A stretch of 64,000 nucleotides of DNA from Gracilinanus agilis (lineage: Eukaryota): the NCBI RefSeq assembly GCF_016433145.1, contig NC_058130.1:417088228-417152227 (forward strand), given 5' to 3'. Below the pieces are notes generated by a model. The model did not search any database. It worked only from the letters and a program-made list of their open reading frames with translations, and was not told where the DNA came from. Of the stretch, positions 35,690 to 48,789 are shown piece by piece. The position numbers and the translations under genes were made by a program. Positions within the stretch are counted from its first letter, which is position 1. Each line of letters opens with the position of its first letter.

Positions 35690-36100
35690 GCATGTGTGAA
35701 GTAATTCAAAGAGAAGTGAGCAGAACCAGAACATTGTGCATAACAACAATAATGAAAGTTGATCAACTATGAATGATTTAACTGTTATCAGCAATACAAG
35801 GATCCAGAACAATTCCAAGGAACTCATGACAAAAAAGGCAATCCACCTCCATAGAAGGAACTGATGGAGTTCAAATTCAGGTCAAAGCATACATTCTTCA
35901 TTCTATTTCTTCCATGAATTTTTCTCTATTTTAAGTGATGCGTGTCTTTTTTTACAATATGATGAAAATAGAAATATGTATTAAATGATACACATATATT
36001 TGTATATTGTATATTATCTGCTGTTTGGGGGAAGGAGGAGGGCTTGGAATGAAGGGAAAGAACATGGATCACAAAATGTCAAAAAGCAATTATTTAAAAA
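35690..36100 (+). mobile_element. L1 3'UTR fragment
   Basis: GTGAGCAGAACCAGAAC...ATCCACCTCCATAGAAGGAACTGATGGA marsupial L1 3' motifs. Confidence 0.65.
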
Positions 36101-36108
36101 TAGACTAA

Positions 36109-36320
36109 CAGCTGGGTAGCTCAGTGGATTGAGAGTCAGCCCTAGAGACGGGAGGTCCTAGGTTCAAATCCGGCCTCAGACACTTCCCAGGTGTGTGACC
36201 CTGAGCAAATCACTTAACCTCTATTTCCTAGCCCTTACCACTCTTATGTCTTGGAATTACACAGTATTGATTCCAAGAGAGAAGGTAAGGGGTTTTAAAA
36301 ATAATAATAAATAAATGATT
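36109..36320 (+). mobile_element. SINE1_Mdo-type SINE (long-tail variant, slightly 5'-truncated)
   Basis: CAGCTGGGTAGCTCAGTGG start. TSD AAAATAGACT(A/G)ACA at 36097-36110 and 36321-36334. Confidence 0.88.
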
Positions 36321-36589
36321 AAAATAGACTGACAAGGAAAAATATCATTAAGGAATAAGACAAACTACTCACATTAATTATCTTATAATCCTATAGTGCC
36401 CTCCATATATTTTTATAAGCCTTCATTTGATCCTTCTTTTCCCTAAATCTATCATCCTATATCTGTTTTGCTGTTTTTGTTGTTTTATTTTATTTTGCTT
36501 ACCTTTTTTTCATAGTTGAGGGAGAATTCTTCTAATTCCCTAAAAAATTCCTAAGAGAAAAAAAAAGGAGAATATCATCTACAAATTAG

Positions 36590-36850
36590 TTTTTGTTCAG
36601 TCATTCTGCCCTGTTCAAGTCTTTGTGAGCCCATGGACCATAGCTATCCATGAGATTTTCTTGGCAAGGATACTGGAGTGGTTTGCCATTTCCTTCTCCA
36701 GAGGATCCAGTGTATCTGTTTGTCAGGCAATTAGAGGTTAATTTACTCATTCAAAGTCAAAAAGCTAGAAAGTGTCTGAGGCTGGATCTGAACTTGATTG
36801 TTCCTAATTCTAGGTCCAGCACTTTATCCACAGAGCATTCTCCTTTATCT
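36590..36850 (-). mobile_element. MAR1-type SINE
   Basis: TTTTCTTGGCAAGGATACTGGAGTGGTTTGCCATTTCCTTCTCCAG (RTE/BovB-like tail) plus head ending AGCACTTTATCCAC. Confidence 0.7.
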
Positions 36851-37639
36851 ACAAATATTTTTTGGGAATTCTGCAAGAAAAATAATTTCAGTATCCATAC
36901 ACTTTGACCCCATCCAATGAAGAGACGTGTATATGAAGTTCTAAGTCCTACTGAATATGTCAACTTTAACAAGTGAATTGATTCCCTTGAACCCTGTTTT
37001 CTTTCACTTGCCAAATGAACAAGCTGACTTAATTTTTTTTAATATTTTTCCCAAGGTATCTACAGTGGATGTTCATTCTGACATAGCTCAAAAAATGTAA
37101 ACAAAGGGCCAATACATAATAAAATAGCCATAGTTACCTAAAAGAGCAAAAATTTCCAATAAAAATTGTTACCAATTTTCTGGCAAGTGGGAAAAATGTG
37201 ATATTTGGACATAATAGAATATTTTATGGAGAAATTATTGATAAGATTGAGAAATTCCTAGAAACATGAATTAGAGTAATATTAGCATAATCAAAAGAAC
37301 AATCTACAAAATAACCACAAATAGTATAAATGAAAATCTCTTTAAAATACAAAAGAACTATATGTAATAAAAGGCTTGGTGATGGTCCTAGAGAATCAAT
37401 AAAGAAAAGAATATCCCTCTTCATTGCGAATTATGTATTCATTTGCAGATATAATTGCATTGGATGTTTTTGCTATCTTTTTATCCTTTGTTACAAGAGA
37501 GTGCCATATATGAAGAGAAAGGTTTTCCCAAAACACCCTGAAATGACTATTATGTAAAAAAAAAAAAAAAGTTAGGCATAAAATATAGTTGTTGTTTTTT
37601 TTTTTATTTTTAAAGAAAAAAAAAACACTCTCTGCTCTT

Positions 37640-37960
37640 GACTCCTCCACCTCACCACCTACTCACTTCTCAGGTCCACTTAATCTTATTCTTAAGTAGA
37701 ATGATATTGCTCTCTAAAGTTTCCAACATATGTCAACTTTTTAAATAGCCCTTTTCCCCCTCAGTCTTATTCTTCTTGGCCTCTCTATGCCTTCCGTCAC
37801 TGTCAACCATCTCCTCCTCCTGGGTACTCTCTCCCTCCTTGTTTACTGCTTTCTCAGTTCTCCTGCCTATCTGACTTCCTTTTTTCAGTTTCTTTGTCGT
37901 GACATCATCTTTCCTCTGCCGCTTATTCCTGTCTCTTTCCCAGAGCTCTGTCCGGGATAC
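37640..37960 (+). mobile_element. L2 ORF fragment
   Basis: Pyrimidine-rich ACTGTCAACCATCTCCTCCTCCTGGGTACTCTCTCC L2 RT-like sequence. Confidence 0.45.
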
Positions 37961-39164
37961 TTTCTATTCTAAGATTCCCCTTTACTATTTTTCCCATTGT
38001 AGATGCACCCAATTTAGCATGACTCCCATATGAGGGAAAGAAATATAAGCTCGGGGAAGGTAATACAGACCTATCTGATGCTACATCTTTTTTTTTTTCT
38101 TAAGTCTATATGATTAATTTACTCCTTGGGCATTGCACTGTTAGCTATATCTACAGTGGCTGGATTCATGCTTAAAATAATAGTAGTGTTTAGGGAAAAA
38201 ATATACACTTATTATAACATTCCCCTCCATAAAGGTTACTTACTGAGGAGAGGCACGCTTAGACCTATAGACCCATTTTATTTGGCAAACCTTAATTATT
38301 CTCCTCTCTCACAAGATACTGGCGGTATTTAAAGCATATTATTTTAGAATAAAGGTTTCACTTTGCCTAAGCATTAGGACTTAAAAAAAAACATTTAACT
38401 TTGACATTTCATTTATAGGCATTTTAATTATCTGGATGGTTTCCTTTAAATGCTAGATGTAGGCAGAGGAAATTTGTACTTATATAGAAGAAAGCGCTTC
38501 CAGGACTTCCTAATTTTCATATGTTATGAATTTTAATGTCTTATGCGGGTCAGGTTTTCATAGCCATGAAGAGGGAATACATTGACCTTAAACGAGTGTA
38601 CAGTTGTAACGGTATTTTTAGTCTCTGTTGGTTATGGGCAGGCAGGAAATACATTTTGTTTATGTTTTCTTCTTTTTCAAAAGTTCTTGCTGCTGAAGTC
38701 AGAGAGCCCCAGGCATCTGAGAAAGGCCTCGTCCTTTTCTTGCCTTCTTATTTTTTATGAAGATGATAAGGCAGCAACAAGGCTCAGGCTGCCTTTCTAT
38801 TGCTGTAAACCATTGAGCCATTGAATAGCAGGCCTGGGAAGCTGGGTTCTCAGCAGCTCATTTAGCCTACAGCTAAAGCATGAAGTAGGAGAATTTAATC
38901 TTTTGTGTTCTTCCATTTTCCCTTCTATTGCTGACCCATTCCCCAGCGCCCACCCTCTATAACACCTCGTGGCTGCTTTTGGTCCTCTGGAAAAGCAACG
39001 TCCTTTGGGGGCAGAACTCTATGTCCTCAACTTAATGTTTGACCATTTGGTAGTGAGAAGGCATCTTCTGTCTCCTGAACATGACCTTGCTCTATGAAAA
39101 TTTCTCTCTCCTAAGTAAGAAACTTTTCTTATTCTTTAATCTAAATTAATTGTGGGCTGAATTT

Positions 39165-39345
39165 GGAATTGGAAAGACTTTAGTTGAAATCTAGCCTCTA
39201 TCATTTAAGAGCTGTGTGACACTAGGTAAGTCACTTATCCTCTTTCTACCTCAGTTTCCTCAATTGTGAAAAAAAAGAAAAGAATCATACCACTCTCTTA
39301 AGATTGTTTTCAGGATAAAATGAAATAATATTTGTAAAATCCTTA
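39165..39345 (+). mobile_element. MIR
   Basis: GCTGTGTGACACTAGGTAAGTCACTT...CCTCAGTTTCCTCAATTGTGAAAA. Confidence 0.7.
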
Positions 39346-39867
39346 CAAGGCACTATAATCTAAATTTCAAAAATCTTATTAAGATATTAAAGATAATTAC
39401 TATATGAACGTCCCTTCTCCTAGATAATTTTTGCATTAAATCTAATCATTCCTAAAACCTCAAGTATCAACTAAGTGAATTTTTCATGGTAGAATTTAAG
39501 GGATTATAAAAGTTTAATGTATATTAGGTTACTTCTTAAATTGCACCATGAAACTGCACCTCGAAGTAAGGTCAGTGATTAATATATATGAATTGATTAC
39601 AGGGCAATTTGGTGTATAAATTCAAGTAGAAACAAAAGATTTACTTTTTGCCCAACTGTCTTGGAAAACAAGGATGATCCAACTTTTATGACTGGATTAG
39701 ACAAATACTTGTCCTTCCTCTGAAGTCTCAGAGCACTTATAACTTACATTAGTCTAGGATGTTATTCCATTCTATTTTTTCATATTCCTTGAGTTTCCCT
39801 TATGTTCCCAGCATGACTGTAAGTCCAAGGACAGAGGCTTGTAGTGTCTGCTTCTCTGGGAAATTTT

Positions 39868-40385
39868 GAGAGGACTAGCACCTCTGGTGTGAAGTTCTTG
39901 GTGAACTTTACATCCCTTTTTCACCTTTGGTGTCCACCTTTTGCTCAACTCTCATTTGTGGCTCCAAGAAGCTACAACATGTACAGAGGTTACACCCATA
40001 AAATTATCTTAATAGATAGGCTAAACTAGGTTGAGACTGACAGGTGAATTAGGGGGATGTCTTTCCAAAATGTGTGAGGCCTTCTCATGATGGAAAGGGT
40101 GGATGAGAAGAATTTGTTCCAAAGGATGTGAAGGAGGGAGAAATAGGCGTTGTGGAGCATTTAGAGATTGGTCAAACCGTATAGACACCAGGGTCACCCA
40201 CTACATCCCAGGCCATGGCCAACTGTCCCGACTCTTTTCTTGCCATTGGACATCAATCACTCTGGAAGAGAGAGTGAGGCTGATTTTTCTGTGCAACTCT
40301 GCCTCCCTTAAAACCAGTTCACGCACAGTTAAGATACCATCTGATGATGTCACAGGTTCTCTTCTAAAGGAAGGATAAACAATAA
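39868..40385 (+). mobile_element. RTE-associated marsupial interspersed repeat
   Basis: GAGGACTAGCACCTCTGGTGTG...CACCTTTGG...GAGTGAGGCTGAT...GAAGGATAAACAA. A paralog lies at 60323-60866. Confidence 0.6.
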
Positions 40386-40848
40386 TTCTTATATCTCCCA
40401 TTGTTCTTACCACAGGACTAGGCAAAACTAAAACTAGCTCAAGATGACCAGAGCTTTGCCTCCAACTGCAAAATTCAGAGAGCTCTGACAACACCTGTGA
40501 CTCCAAGTTAAACAGTATAGAAAAAGTTTAGCTTACGAAATAAGAAGCACAAAATAGGAAGCTACTAGGTGGTACACTGGGGTGAACTCCCCATTCATTC
40601 CAAAATAACACCCTCCTGTAACCGATGCCTCTGATATACACTTCCTGGAGGAGTGCCATGCTCCATTTCCTAACCACCACTTCCTTTCACTCAAGAGTAT
40701 ATACTTTGAGCCAAGATTTGAATTCAGGGAGATGAGTTACATGCATACATTTCTAGTTTTAGTTCTGGTCTAGACACATGCTAAAAGCTTAGTGAATACT
40801 TCCATACTTTCGTTCAACTGGGTAAATAATATCTGAAGCTCCATTTTT

Positions 40849-41304
40849 TAAATACTATCTTTTATTTAATTAATTTAGAACATTTTTCCATGGTTACAGG
40901 ATTCATGTTCTATCTCTCCCCTCCTCCCACCCACTCCCATAGCCGACACACAATTCTACTGGGTTTTACATTTGTCATTGATATTTGCACTAGGGTGTTC
41001 ATTTTGAGTCAATATCCCTAATTATATCCCCATTTACCCATGTGATCAGGCAGTTGTTTTTCTTCTGTATTTCTACACCTATAGTTCTTCCTCTGAATGT
41101 GGATAGCTTTCTTTCTCACAAGCCCCTCAGAATTGTCCTGGGTCATTGCATTGCTGCTAGTAGAGAAGTCCATTACATTCTATTTTACCACAGTGTCTCA
41201 GTCTCTGCGTATAATATTCTCCTGGTTCTGCTCCTTTCACTCTGCTTCAGTTCCTGGAGATCGTTCCAGTTCACATGGAATTCCTCCAGTTCATTATTCC
41301 CTTG
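40849..41304 (-). mobile_element. 5'-truncated L1 (3'UTR plus end of ORF2)
   Basis: Homologous to 2690-2990. 15-bp TSD TGAAGCTCCATTTTT at 40834-40848 and 41305-41319. Confidence 0.88.
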
Positions 41305-41928
41305 TGAAGCTCCATTTTTCTGAGTTCCTCTAATCCTAGACATTCATCACATGGTGGACAATATTCTGATTTGTTTCCAATCTTATTATCATTGGTTTTC
41401 TGCTCATAGATACAATCTGTCACAGACCCAGACTTTTCCATATTAATAGAACTTGCCAAAGCTTGTATTCCTATGAAAGAATCCCTCCTATGAAGAATCC
41501 ATCAAGAATCTAGGGATCATTTCTATACAATGATAACGGCTTCAAGGGAAGAATTTAGAAGAAAGCTTAACGATTACTCATAAGACATAGGTATTGTCTT
41601 TTGTAGTCCTGTTTTACAGTGTGCTGTGTAGAACACTGTTCAAATCACCAAATCATTCTCATCTTCATATACTAGCATCTTCCTAAGAAGACCATTGACA
41701 TTAATGTTCCTATATCAAGGAACTAAATTGTACTTGTTCCCTTGGAGATGAATCAAAAATGTAACCCCCAAAGCTCAATGTTACTGAGTAATATTCAAGG
41801 TCAAAAAACAAAATCAAAGAATCATTTTTCCACTGCCTTCCCAACTCCTACATCAGACCTAGGACAGCCATCCATTTCTCTGGCAGATTTACAGTGCATT
41901 CACACTGTGAATGATAGAAGGAGGAAGT

Positions 41929-42018
41929 GAGCAGAGAGCTAATCAGAGCTAAGTAGTTAACGAGCAGAGGGCTAACGAGCTAGTGAGTTAACGAGCTAAG
42001 CAGAGATCTAATGAGCTG
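41929..42018. repeat. Degenerate ~31-33 bp minisatellite of GAG(C/T)TAAC subunits
   Basis: GAGCAGAGAGCTAATCAGAGCTAAGTAGTTAAC / GAGCAGAGGGCTAACGAGCTAGTGAGTTAAC / GAGCTAAGCAGAGATCTAATGAGCTG. Confidence 0.7.
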
Positions 42019-42989
42019 ATGTTCCCCACTACGTGCAGGCAGATATATCTTTCAGGTGATTGTTTACCTTCAGCAACCTTAGCAGATGTCCATAATGACA
42101 TAGCTAAGTCTTTGATGATTCCCCAAACATGTTATTTAAAGCAAGTTCAGCCATCTCTATAGTTGTTAAGATATGTGCAGTTATCCTCACATCCTTATAT
42201 TTGATCCTGAAATTGTTACCATATTTTCCCAGTAAGCGCAAAGACTTCTGTTTCTAAATTCTATTATGTAACTAAGATAATTTATATAAATTGTATTAAT
42301 CATAAAATATTCCAGGGGCACCATCTATGTGCTAAGTACTGCCTGAGCCAGAGTGAAAGACTATTGAAGAATTTGGAGATAAAATCTTGGATCTCAATTA
42401 GGTTAAAACTCATTTGCAAGCAAACATTAACACACATGAAACAATAAATGTGATAGTAATTCTAAGTGAAATAAGAGGTCAGAGAAGAGAGAGACAATAG
42501 TGCTTTCTAAGTGCTAGAGTACTGGGAGAAGAAAACGGGACTAAAGAATCTGATTTGGGAGACAATTTAGAGGGTATGAGTGCAACCCAACTGTTATCTA
42601 AACAGGAATATCTACCCACAAAAAGTAACTATCTTACCTCCCATAAAACCCTTCAAATGAGAGGAAATTCACTATTTTAACAGGTTGTCCCTTCTTTTTT
42701 TTTCCCCAGCCTGTTATGAATGGCTTTTTTCGCTTTATATTGAGACAAAAATCTGCTTTTCTCCTTTTAGAGAGGAGTAGGGCTTTATTTAATATGTATT
42801 TTGAATTTATAATATGTATATACTTCATTGTTCTCAATGTTATGGGCATATATTTAAATATATTCCTACCTTTAGATATCTAATAATCTAGTTGAGGAAA
42901 TGAGACACTCAAAACTAGGATAATGCCCCCAAAACTTAATATTTTATTTGCTTAAAATTTTAATAATAATTCAAAATAATATGATAAAT

Positions 42990-43235
42990 ATTGGGATTTG
43001 GTGGTACAGTAGATTGAGAGCTGGCCATAGAATTAGAAAAACATGAATTCAATTCACCCATTGAGTCTTATTGGCTTTGTGATATTGGACAAGAAACTTA
43101 AACCTCTGTCTGACTCATTTTCCTCAACAGTAAAAGCAACATCACACCTACATCCTACGGTTTTGTGAGAATAAAATGAGAAAATATTTGTAAAATACTT
43201 TGCAAGTCTTAACCACTAGATAAATGTTAGCTATT
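42990..43235 (+). mobile_element. MIR
   Basis: tRNA-like head, ACTCATTTTCCTCAACAGTAAAA core, AAATACTTTGCAA...AAATGTTAGCTATTA tail. Confidence 0.7.
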
Positions 43236-43249
43236 ACTATTGTTACTGA

Positions 43250-43990
43250 CTTCTTTCAACTTTCCTATCTCCTTCTTCTATCCTGATGTTTGTTTACTTT
43301 ATTTTACTTCTTAAAGGTCTATATGATGCCAGACTCTGTCTTTCACTTACTTATGCTTCCTTTCTACACTGTCTTCTTTTGACCATTTCATCTAATTCCA
43401 TGATTTTAATTATCACTACATGAATATGCATTTTGAATCTTTATTTTGAGCCTCGACCTCAAATATCCAACTGCATTTTTAGCTCCTCCTGGTTATGAAA
43501 TCTAAACCTTCAACTGAGTGTGTGCAAAACTGAATTCATTATTTCATAGAGCATTAACATTCTTGCATTTACTCAGACTGAAAAACAGAAATTTAACCTA
43601 TTTTTTTTTCTGTCACCTCTGATATTCAATCAGTTACCATGTTCTGCCAATTCTAGTTCTGTAATATTTCACATATTTCCCTCTACTTTTCCTCTTCTTC
43701 GATTTTTACATAGTTGTTCAGACCTTCATTTCCTTTCATATAGACTGCTGTAATTGCCTCATGATTGATATCCCAGCCTGTATTTTGTTCCTCTCTTCAT
43801 ATTTACTCTACAAAACAGTCCAAGGAATCTCAGTCATGCCATTATAGCTGTCAAAAATTTTAGTGGATCTTTTTGGGTTATTAGCTAAAAATGCCAAATA
43901 CTTATGGCTTTGAGGGAATCCTATGGTTTGGTGTCTTTTTAGCTTTCCACACTTCCTTCTTTCACACTCTTGACATTTCAGTCAAACTGT
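43250..43990 (+). mobile_element. L2 fragment
   Basis: AAATATCCAACTGC, AAAACTGAATTCATTATT and TCAATCAGTTACCA are L2-like motifs. Confidence 0.5.
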
Positions 43991-46704
43991 TTTAGGTCAG
44001 GTATAGAATGACCCAGAATGTGAATTCAAGATGAGGCAAATATTAATAACAAATTCATCTTATTTTAAAACAAAGATTAAGCAAGGGTTGAAAATTCTAA
44101 TTTTATTTGCCCCCACTTGGGGATAGTATTAGATTTAGGTTTAAAAATACACACCAATTCTGCTCTAGAATAAGCCTTTCATCAAATCTTAAAGGCAGAC
44201 CTCTCATCCTTTACACCAATTTATATACCCTCTATGGAGTCTTAGTGCCTTGTGCATTTAATGTATTCTTGTTCTAGGTCTTTACAACTAAAGGTTATGC
44301 ATTTGCTTTAAATTATTGAAGCTATAGTTAATGAGCCCCATTAGGTCTCAAGGCCCTGATGGAATAAATAACACTCAAGAAAGCTATTCAGTGAAATTCG
44401 ATTCAACAAATATTTATTACATGTCTACTCCATGTGATGTATATAATGTGTGTAGGAATATAAAAGAAAACAACTACACTTGACCTCAAGGAGCTTATAT
44501 TTTAATAAGAGGTGAGAAAATATATAGAGAAATGTTGGTGAAGTAGAGGCATTTTGGTTTAAGAAATTATGAGGATGATGAATGGATCCATAGTGGAGAT
44601 GTTTGGCATACTCTAATTACTTTTATCATTAGCAACTATGGATCTCTTATAAAGATCTGCAATTTTCCAGGGCAATCTGCTTAGCATCATCTGCATCAGT
44701 GCCATCTGGAGGGCCTCACCATATATATGGAATCCCTCTTCAACTTATCCATTTTGCTTTATCTTTTTCAAGACAGGGGGAGGGAACATCATTGGTGAGT
44801 ATATGCTTCCTAGTTTTTCTCCTTTCTCACCTGAAATTAATGATGAAATTATCAAAAAAGTCAGAGATTTTGTCAGAGATTTAAAGGAATCTTGTGGTTA
44901 TAATATTGGTGGTTGTGGTAATGTGGTAATGTTAATTATGATAGCATAGATATAGTTCTTTAAGTTTTTCTCAAAGCACTTTACAAATTTCCACACATTT
45001 TATCATCACAAATAACTTTGAAGATACTATTATTATCCCTATTTTACAGCTGATGAAAATGAGGCAGAAGTCATGCAGGTAATAGGTGTATGTATACTTG
45101 TGACAGTTACATGGGAATTTGCATTTTTCTTCAATGATAGTTTTAAGACAGTATTGTACTCTATATACACATATACATCACAATGAGATAATTTGTTCTC
45201 TTTGCATTTTTAGTCAATTATGAGATAGTAAAGTTATGTTCTGCTGTGGAATATTGTTAGCAGTCATCCTCTCATTTAAATTTTTGAGAATCAATTCTTC
45301 AATGCCATAAAAACTGTGTTACATTCAGCCAAGATCTTCTCTGTCTATATAAATTGTCTTTTCCAGATGGTTTTCTCACCTTTATTTTCTTTTGCCCCGT
45401 TCCTATTTCCTCCAAAAGGGCATCAGAGATTCTGATGGTGAAGACCAAATATGGATGACTTATGAAATTGTTTATTTTTTTATGAAATCTTTTTTCCACC
45501 TTTTGTTTTTATGCATTTCATTGAAATTTCATTCTTAAATACTCTTGAAATGATTTTGTTTATTCAGGTTACTTATCAGAGTCATTCTAGTAAGTGTGAA
45601 TTAAATGCTAGCAATTCTAATTCTGAGTACTTGTACCCTATTTGATGCATTTCTCATCACCATATAAAACTTTAGCTCACTTAGAGCGAGAACATTTTTC
45701 TACTTTATGCCCTCAAATCGTAACAGCATTCTTTGCACATATGAAGCACTCAATAAATATTTGTTAAATTAGATCAAATGTCACGAGATGGAGTATAATT
45801 GAAGGCCACATGAGTAGTACAGGCAATAAGTGTTAAGGATTAATAATGCAATAGCTAGGTCAATTTGGATGGCTATTGGTTTTTAAACTGATGATAATCC
45901 TAGAAGAATCAGTTATTCATATTTGAAAAGGAATAAAGATATCAACAAGTTCAACCATGACCCAAAACATGAATCAAATTTATAATATATAAATAAGAGG
46001 TCATTCAGCTTTTTCTTATATGGGAACTATAATGGGAAACCTACTATTTCCCAAGTCAATACATTCTCTAGGATCACAACTCTTTTAAAATTATTTAATA
46101 TAGTTTATTTAAAATATTTTTACTGTTGTACCAATTTAAAACAATAATTTAATGGGTACTTTATATTTTATTATTTTACATTAATTATTTTAAGAGCAAT
46201 CCAAAAATCTACCTTCAGATAATTTTTACCTGTGGTTCCTAGTTTTCTCATTTTGTACTACACAAAACATGTCTAATCTATATTCTATGTGAAACCCATT
46301 CAAATAATGAAAGTCAACTAACCTAGTCACTGAAATAATTTCACTTTTCTCAGAGTAAATGTTCAGTTTCTTCAACCAATCTTCCTATGGCATAGATTGT
46401 AGTCACCTCACAATTCTGACTAATTTCTGATTTATGACACCAACTTGATATTCTATAACACTGCAAAATGAATTTTTAGTAAACATGCTCAGATTCAGGA
46501 AAAGAATACTAGTGCTAACACACTGGATCTTATACTTCTCTTAACACAATGTAAAATCAGATTGCTTTCTTGACTGGCCCAGTTCTTTTTTAAAATTATT
46601 AAGATTTTAGTCATATTTTCCATCTGGTAAGCATAAAGGTTTTTTTTCCCACTATAGTACAATACTTTACTTTTCCTCAATTAAATCTTATTACCTTTGT
46701 TAGG

Positions 46705-46880
46705 TGCACTGGGAAAAAGTTGGATTTAGTGTCAGAAGATCTATGTTTGAATCTCAACCTTTTTATTTATTTATTGTTTGTGTGACAATCAATTTACTCT
46801 AAAAATCATGATTTTAGTTTTCTCGTTTCTAAAGTAAGAGGAATGACTAATGAACTTTTAAAGTCCCTTCTAATTCCAAA
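46705..46880 (+). mobile_element. MIR
   Basis: GGATTTAGTGTCAGAAGATCTATGTTTGAATCTC...AAGTCCCTTCTAATTC. Confidence 0.55.
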
Positions 46881-48560
46881 TATGCAATCAATTCTGCATA
46901 AATCTTTGAGATCCAAATTCAGATGTCTTCTACAAATATTTATATTTATGTCTTCTATAAAAATAATGTATCTAATTTATTTTTCCTCAACTAGTCAAAA
47001 GGATTCATAATCTCACTGATTTTACTATTCTCTGCATTGATGCAGGTCACATCCTATCCATACCTAACTCACACAATGCTTATTTATGTTTTCTCATAAG
47101 GCACACTTAGAAGGCCTTCCTCATTTTCTCCTAACTAGATGAGAATACAAAAGGAATTGAAAAGTCATCCACTTATCAATGCTTTACCTCACCACATAAT
47201 CAACTCATCCTTATGCCCATGCTATAACCACAGGAGTTACCTTGAGCATGAAAGACTGTAAATTACTAATAAAAATGTAAAAAGGAATAACACCAAGAAC
47301 AGATCCATGTGGCAGTCCCCTAGAAGTCAGGTTGCCCTCCAGTTTGATAATTCCTTAATTGATGCTTTTGCAAGTTTGATCATTCAACAAATACTGATTC
47401 CACTTAGCTATAGCAATCCACTCAATATCTATTCATCTTATATACAAGGATATCAAGAATTTTTAATATTCTTGCTAAAATCACAATATTTAAATTTTCC
47501 TTTAAATCAGAAAATATTAAAAAAGGAGAAATACTCTTGTCCTCATATTTTTGTATATAAAAAAGTAAAGAAATGATAGCAGGGTTTTATGTCCTAAATT
47601 CTATAAATAAAAACATCTCAATTAAAAAGATAGTGTAAAGAATAAAATTTTGATAAAACAAATATGATTAAGAAAGAAAAAGTTGAGATCTTGAAGCAGA
47701 AAAATGTGTTTCCCCAGAGAAATCATCTAATAAGTATTTAGAAAATGGGAGCAAAGGTAAGAAATTAATGATAAATTCAAGAGTGCCGTGAGTCTTTGGG
47801 AATGTCTAGAAAATGTGCTATAATACTAAGAACAGAAAAAAGAAGGTATTTTTGGTATTCTAGCATCAAGAGGAAGATGAATAAAAGATGGAATATCATC
47901 GTGGGTAGATATAGTAATGACCACTGAAAATAAAGAAAAAAAAAAACAGTTGATTTTTTTGTTTTGTTTTGTTTCAAATTTCTCTAGAGAAGACAATGAT
48001 CTTCAGGCTAAAACAGAATAAAATTTGGCTGAAAGGCATTTAAAACTTAAATAAATAAGGAGATGATAATAATTTTTAATCACAGAACTAAAGGGATTTC
48101 CTCCCATGCTAGTGAAAAAGATTGCAGATATATTCTTAAGAAATTGTCAATGGTTTTTGAAAAACTATGGAAGAGAGGACTGGGAATAGGAAACTATTAC
48201 CTGAATTTTCAAGAGAAACTGAAGTGAATGGGATTCTATAGATTTTTGGGAACTTAAATTATATCTTTAAAAAATTCTGAATTTGATCCTTAAAAGAATG
48301 GTTTATATGCACTTGGGAATTGAGATGCAATCTAATATGGATTTGTTCTTACCAGTCACACTCATTTCTTTTTGTTGTTGTTGTTGTTAAATTTACAACA
48401 CTAGTTAAGTTCTACAAATGTAAGAAAACTGAATTTTAAAAATATTTGACAAAATCCTCTTACAGTATTTTTATGGACAAGACATAGATACTTTCTGAAT
48501 GATGTCATAGTTAGTTGGATTCTAAAGTGGTTCAATGACTGAATCCAAAGAGTATTTATT

Positions 48561-48744
48561 TATTTATTTTTAGCCCTTAACTTCTGTGTATTGCTAGGTG
48601 GAAGAGTGGTAAGGGTGGGCAATGGGGGTCAAGTGACTTGCCCAGGGTCACATACTGGGAAGTGTCTGAGGCCGGATTTGAACCTAGGACCTCCCCTCTC
48701 TAGGCCTGGCTCTCAATCCACTGAGCTGGGTACCCAGCTGCCCC
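48561..48744 (-). mobile_element. Young SINE1_Mdo-type SINE
   Basis: Full body. 16-bp TSD CCAAAGAGTATTTATT at 48545-48560 and 48745-48760. Confidence 0.92.
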
Positions 48745-48789
48745 CCAAAGAGTATTTATTAATGCAAATATGCCATGCTAGATGAAGAT

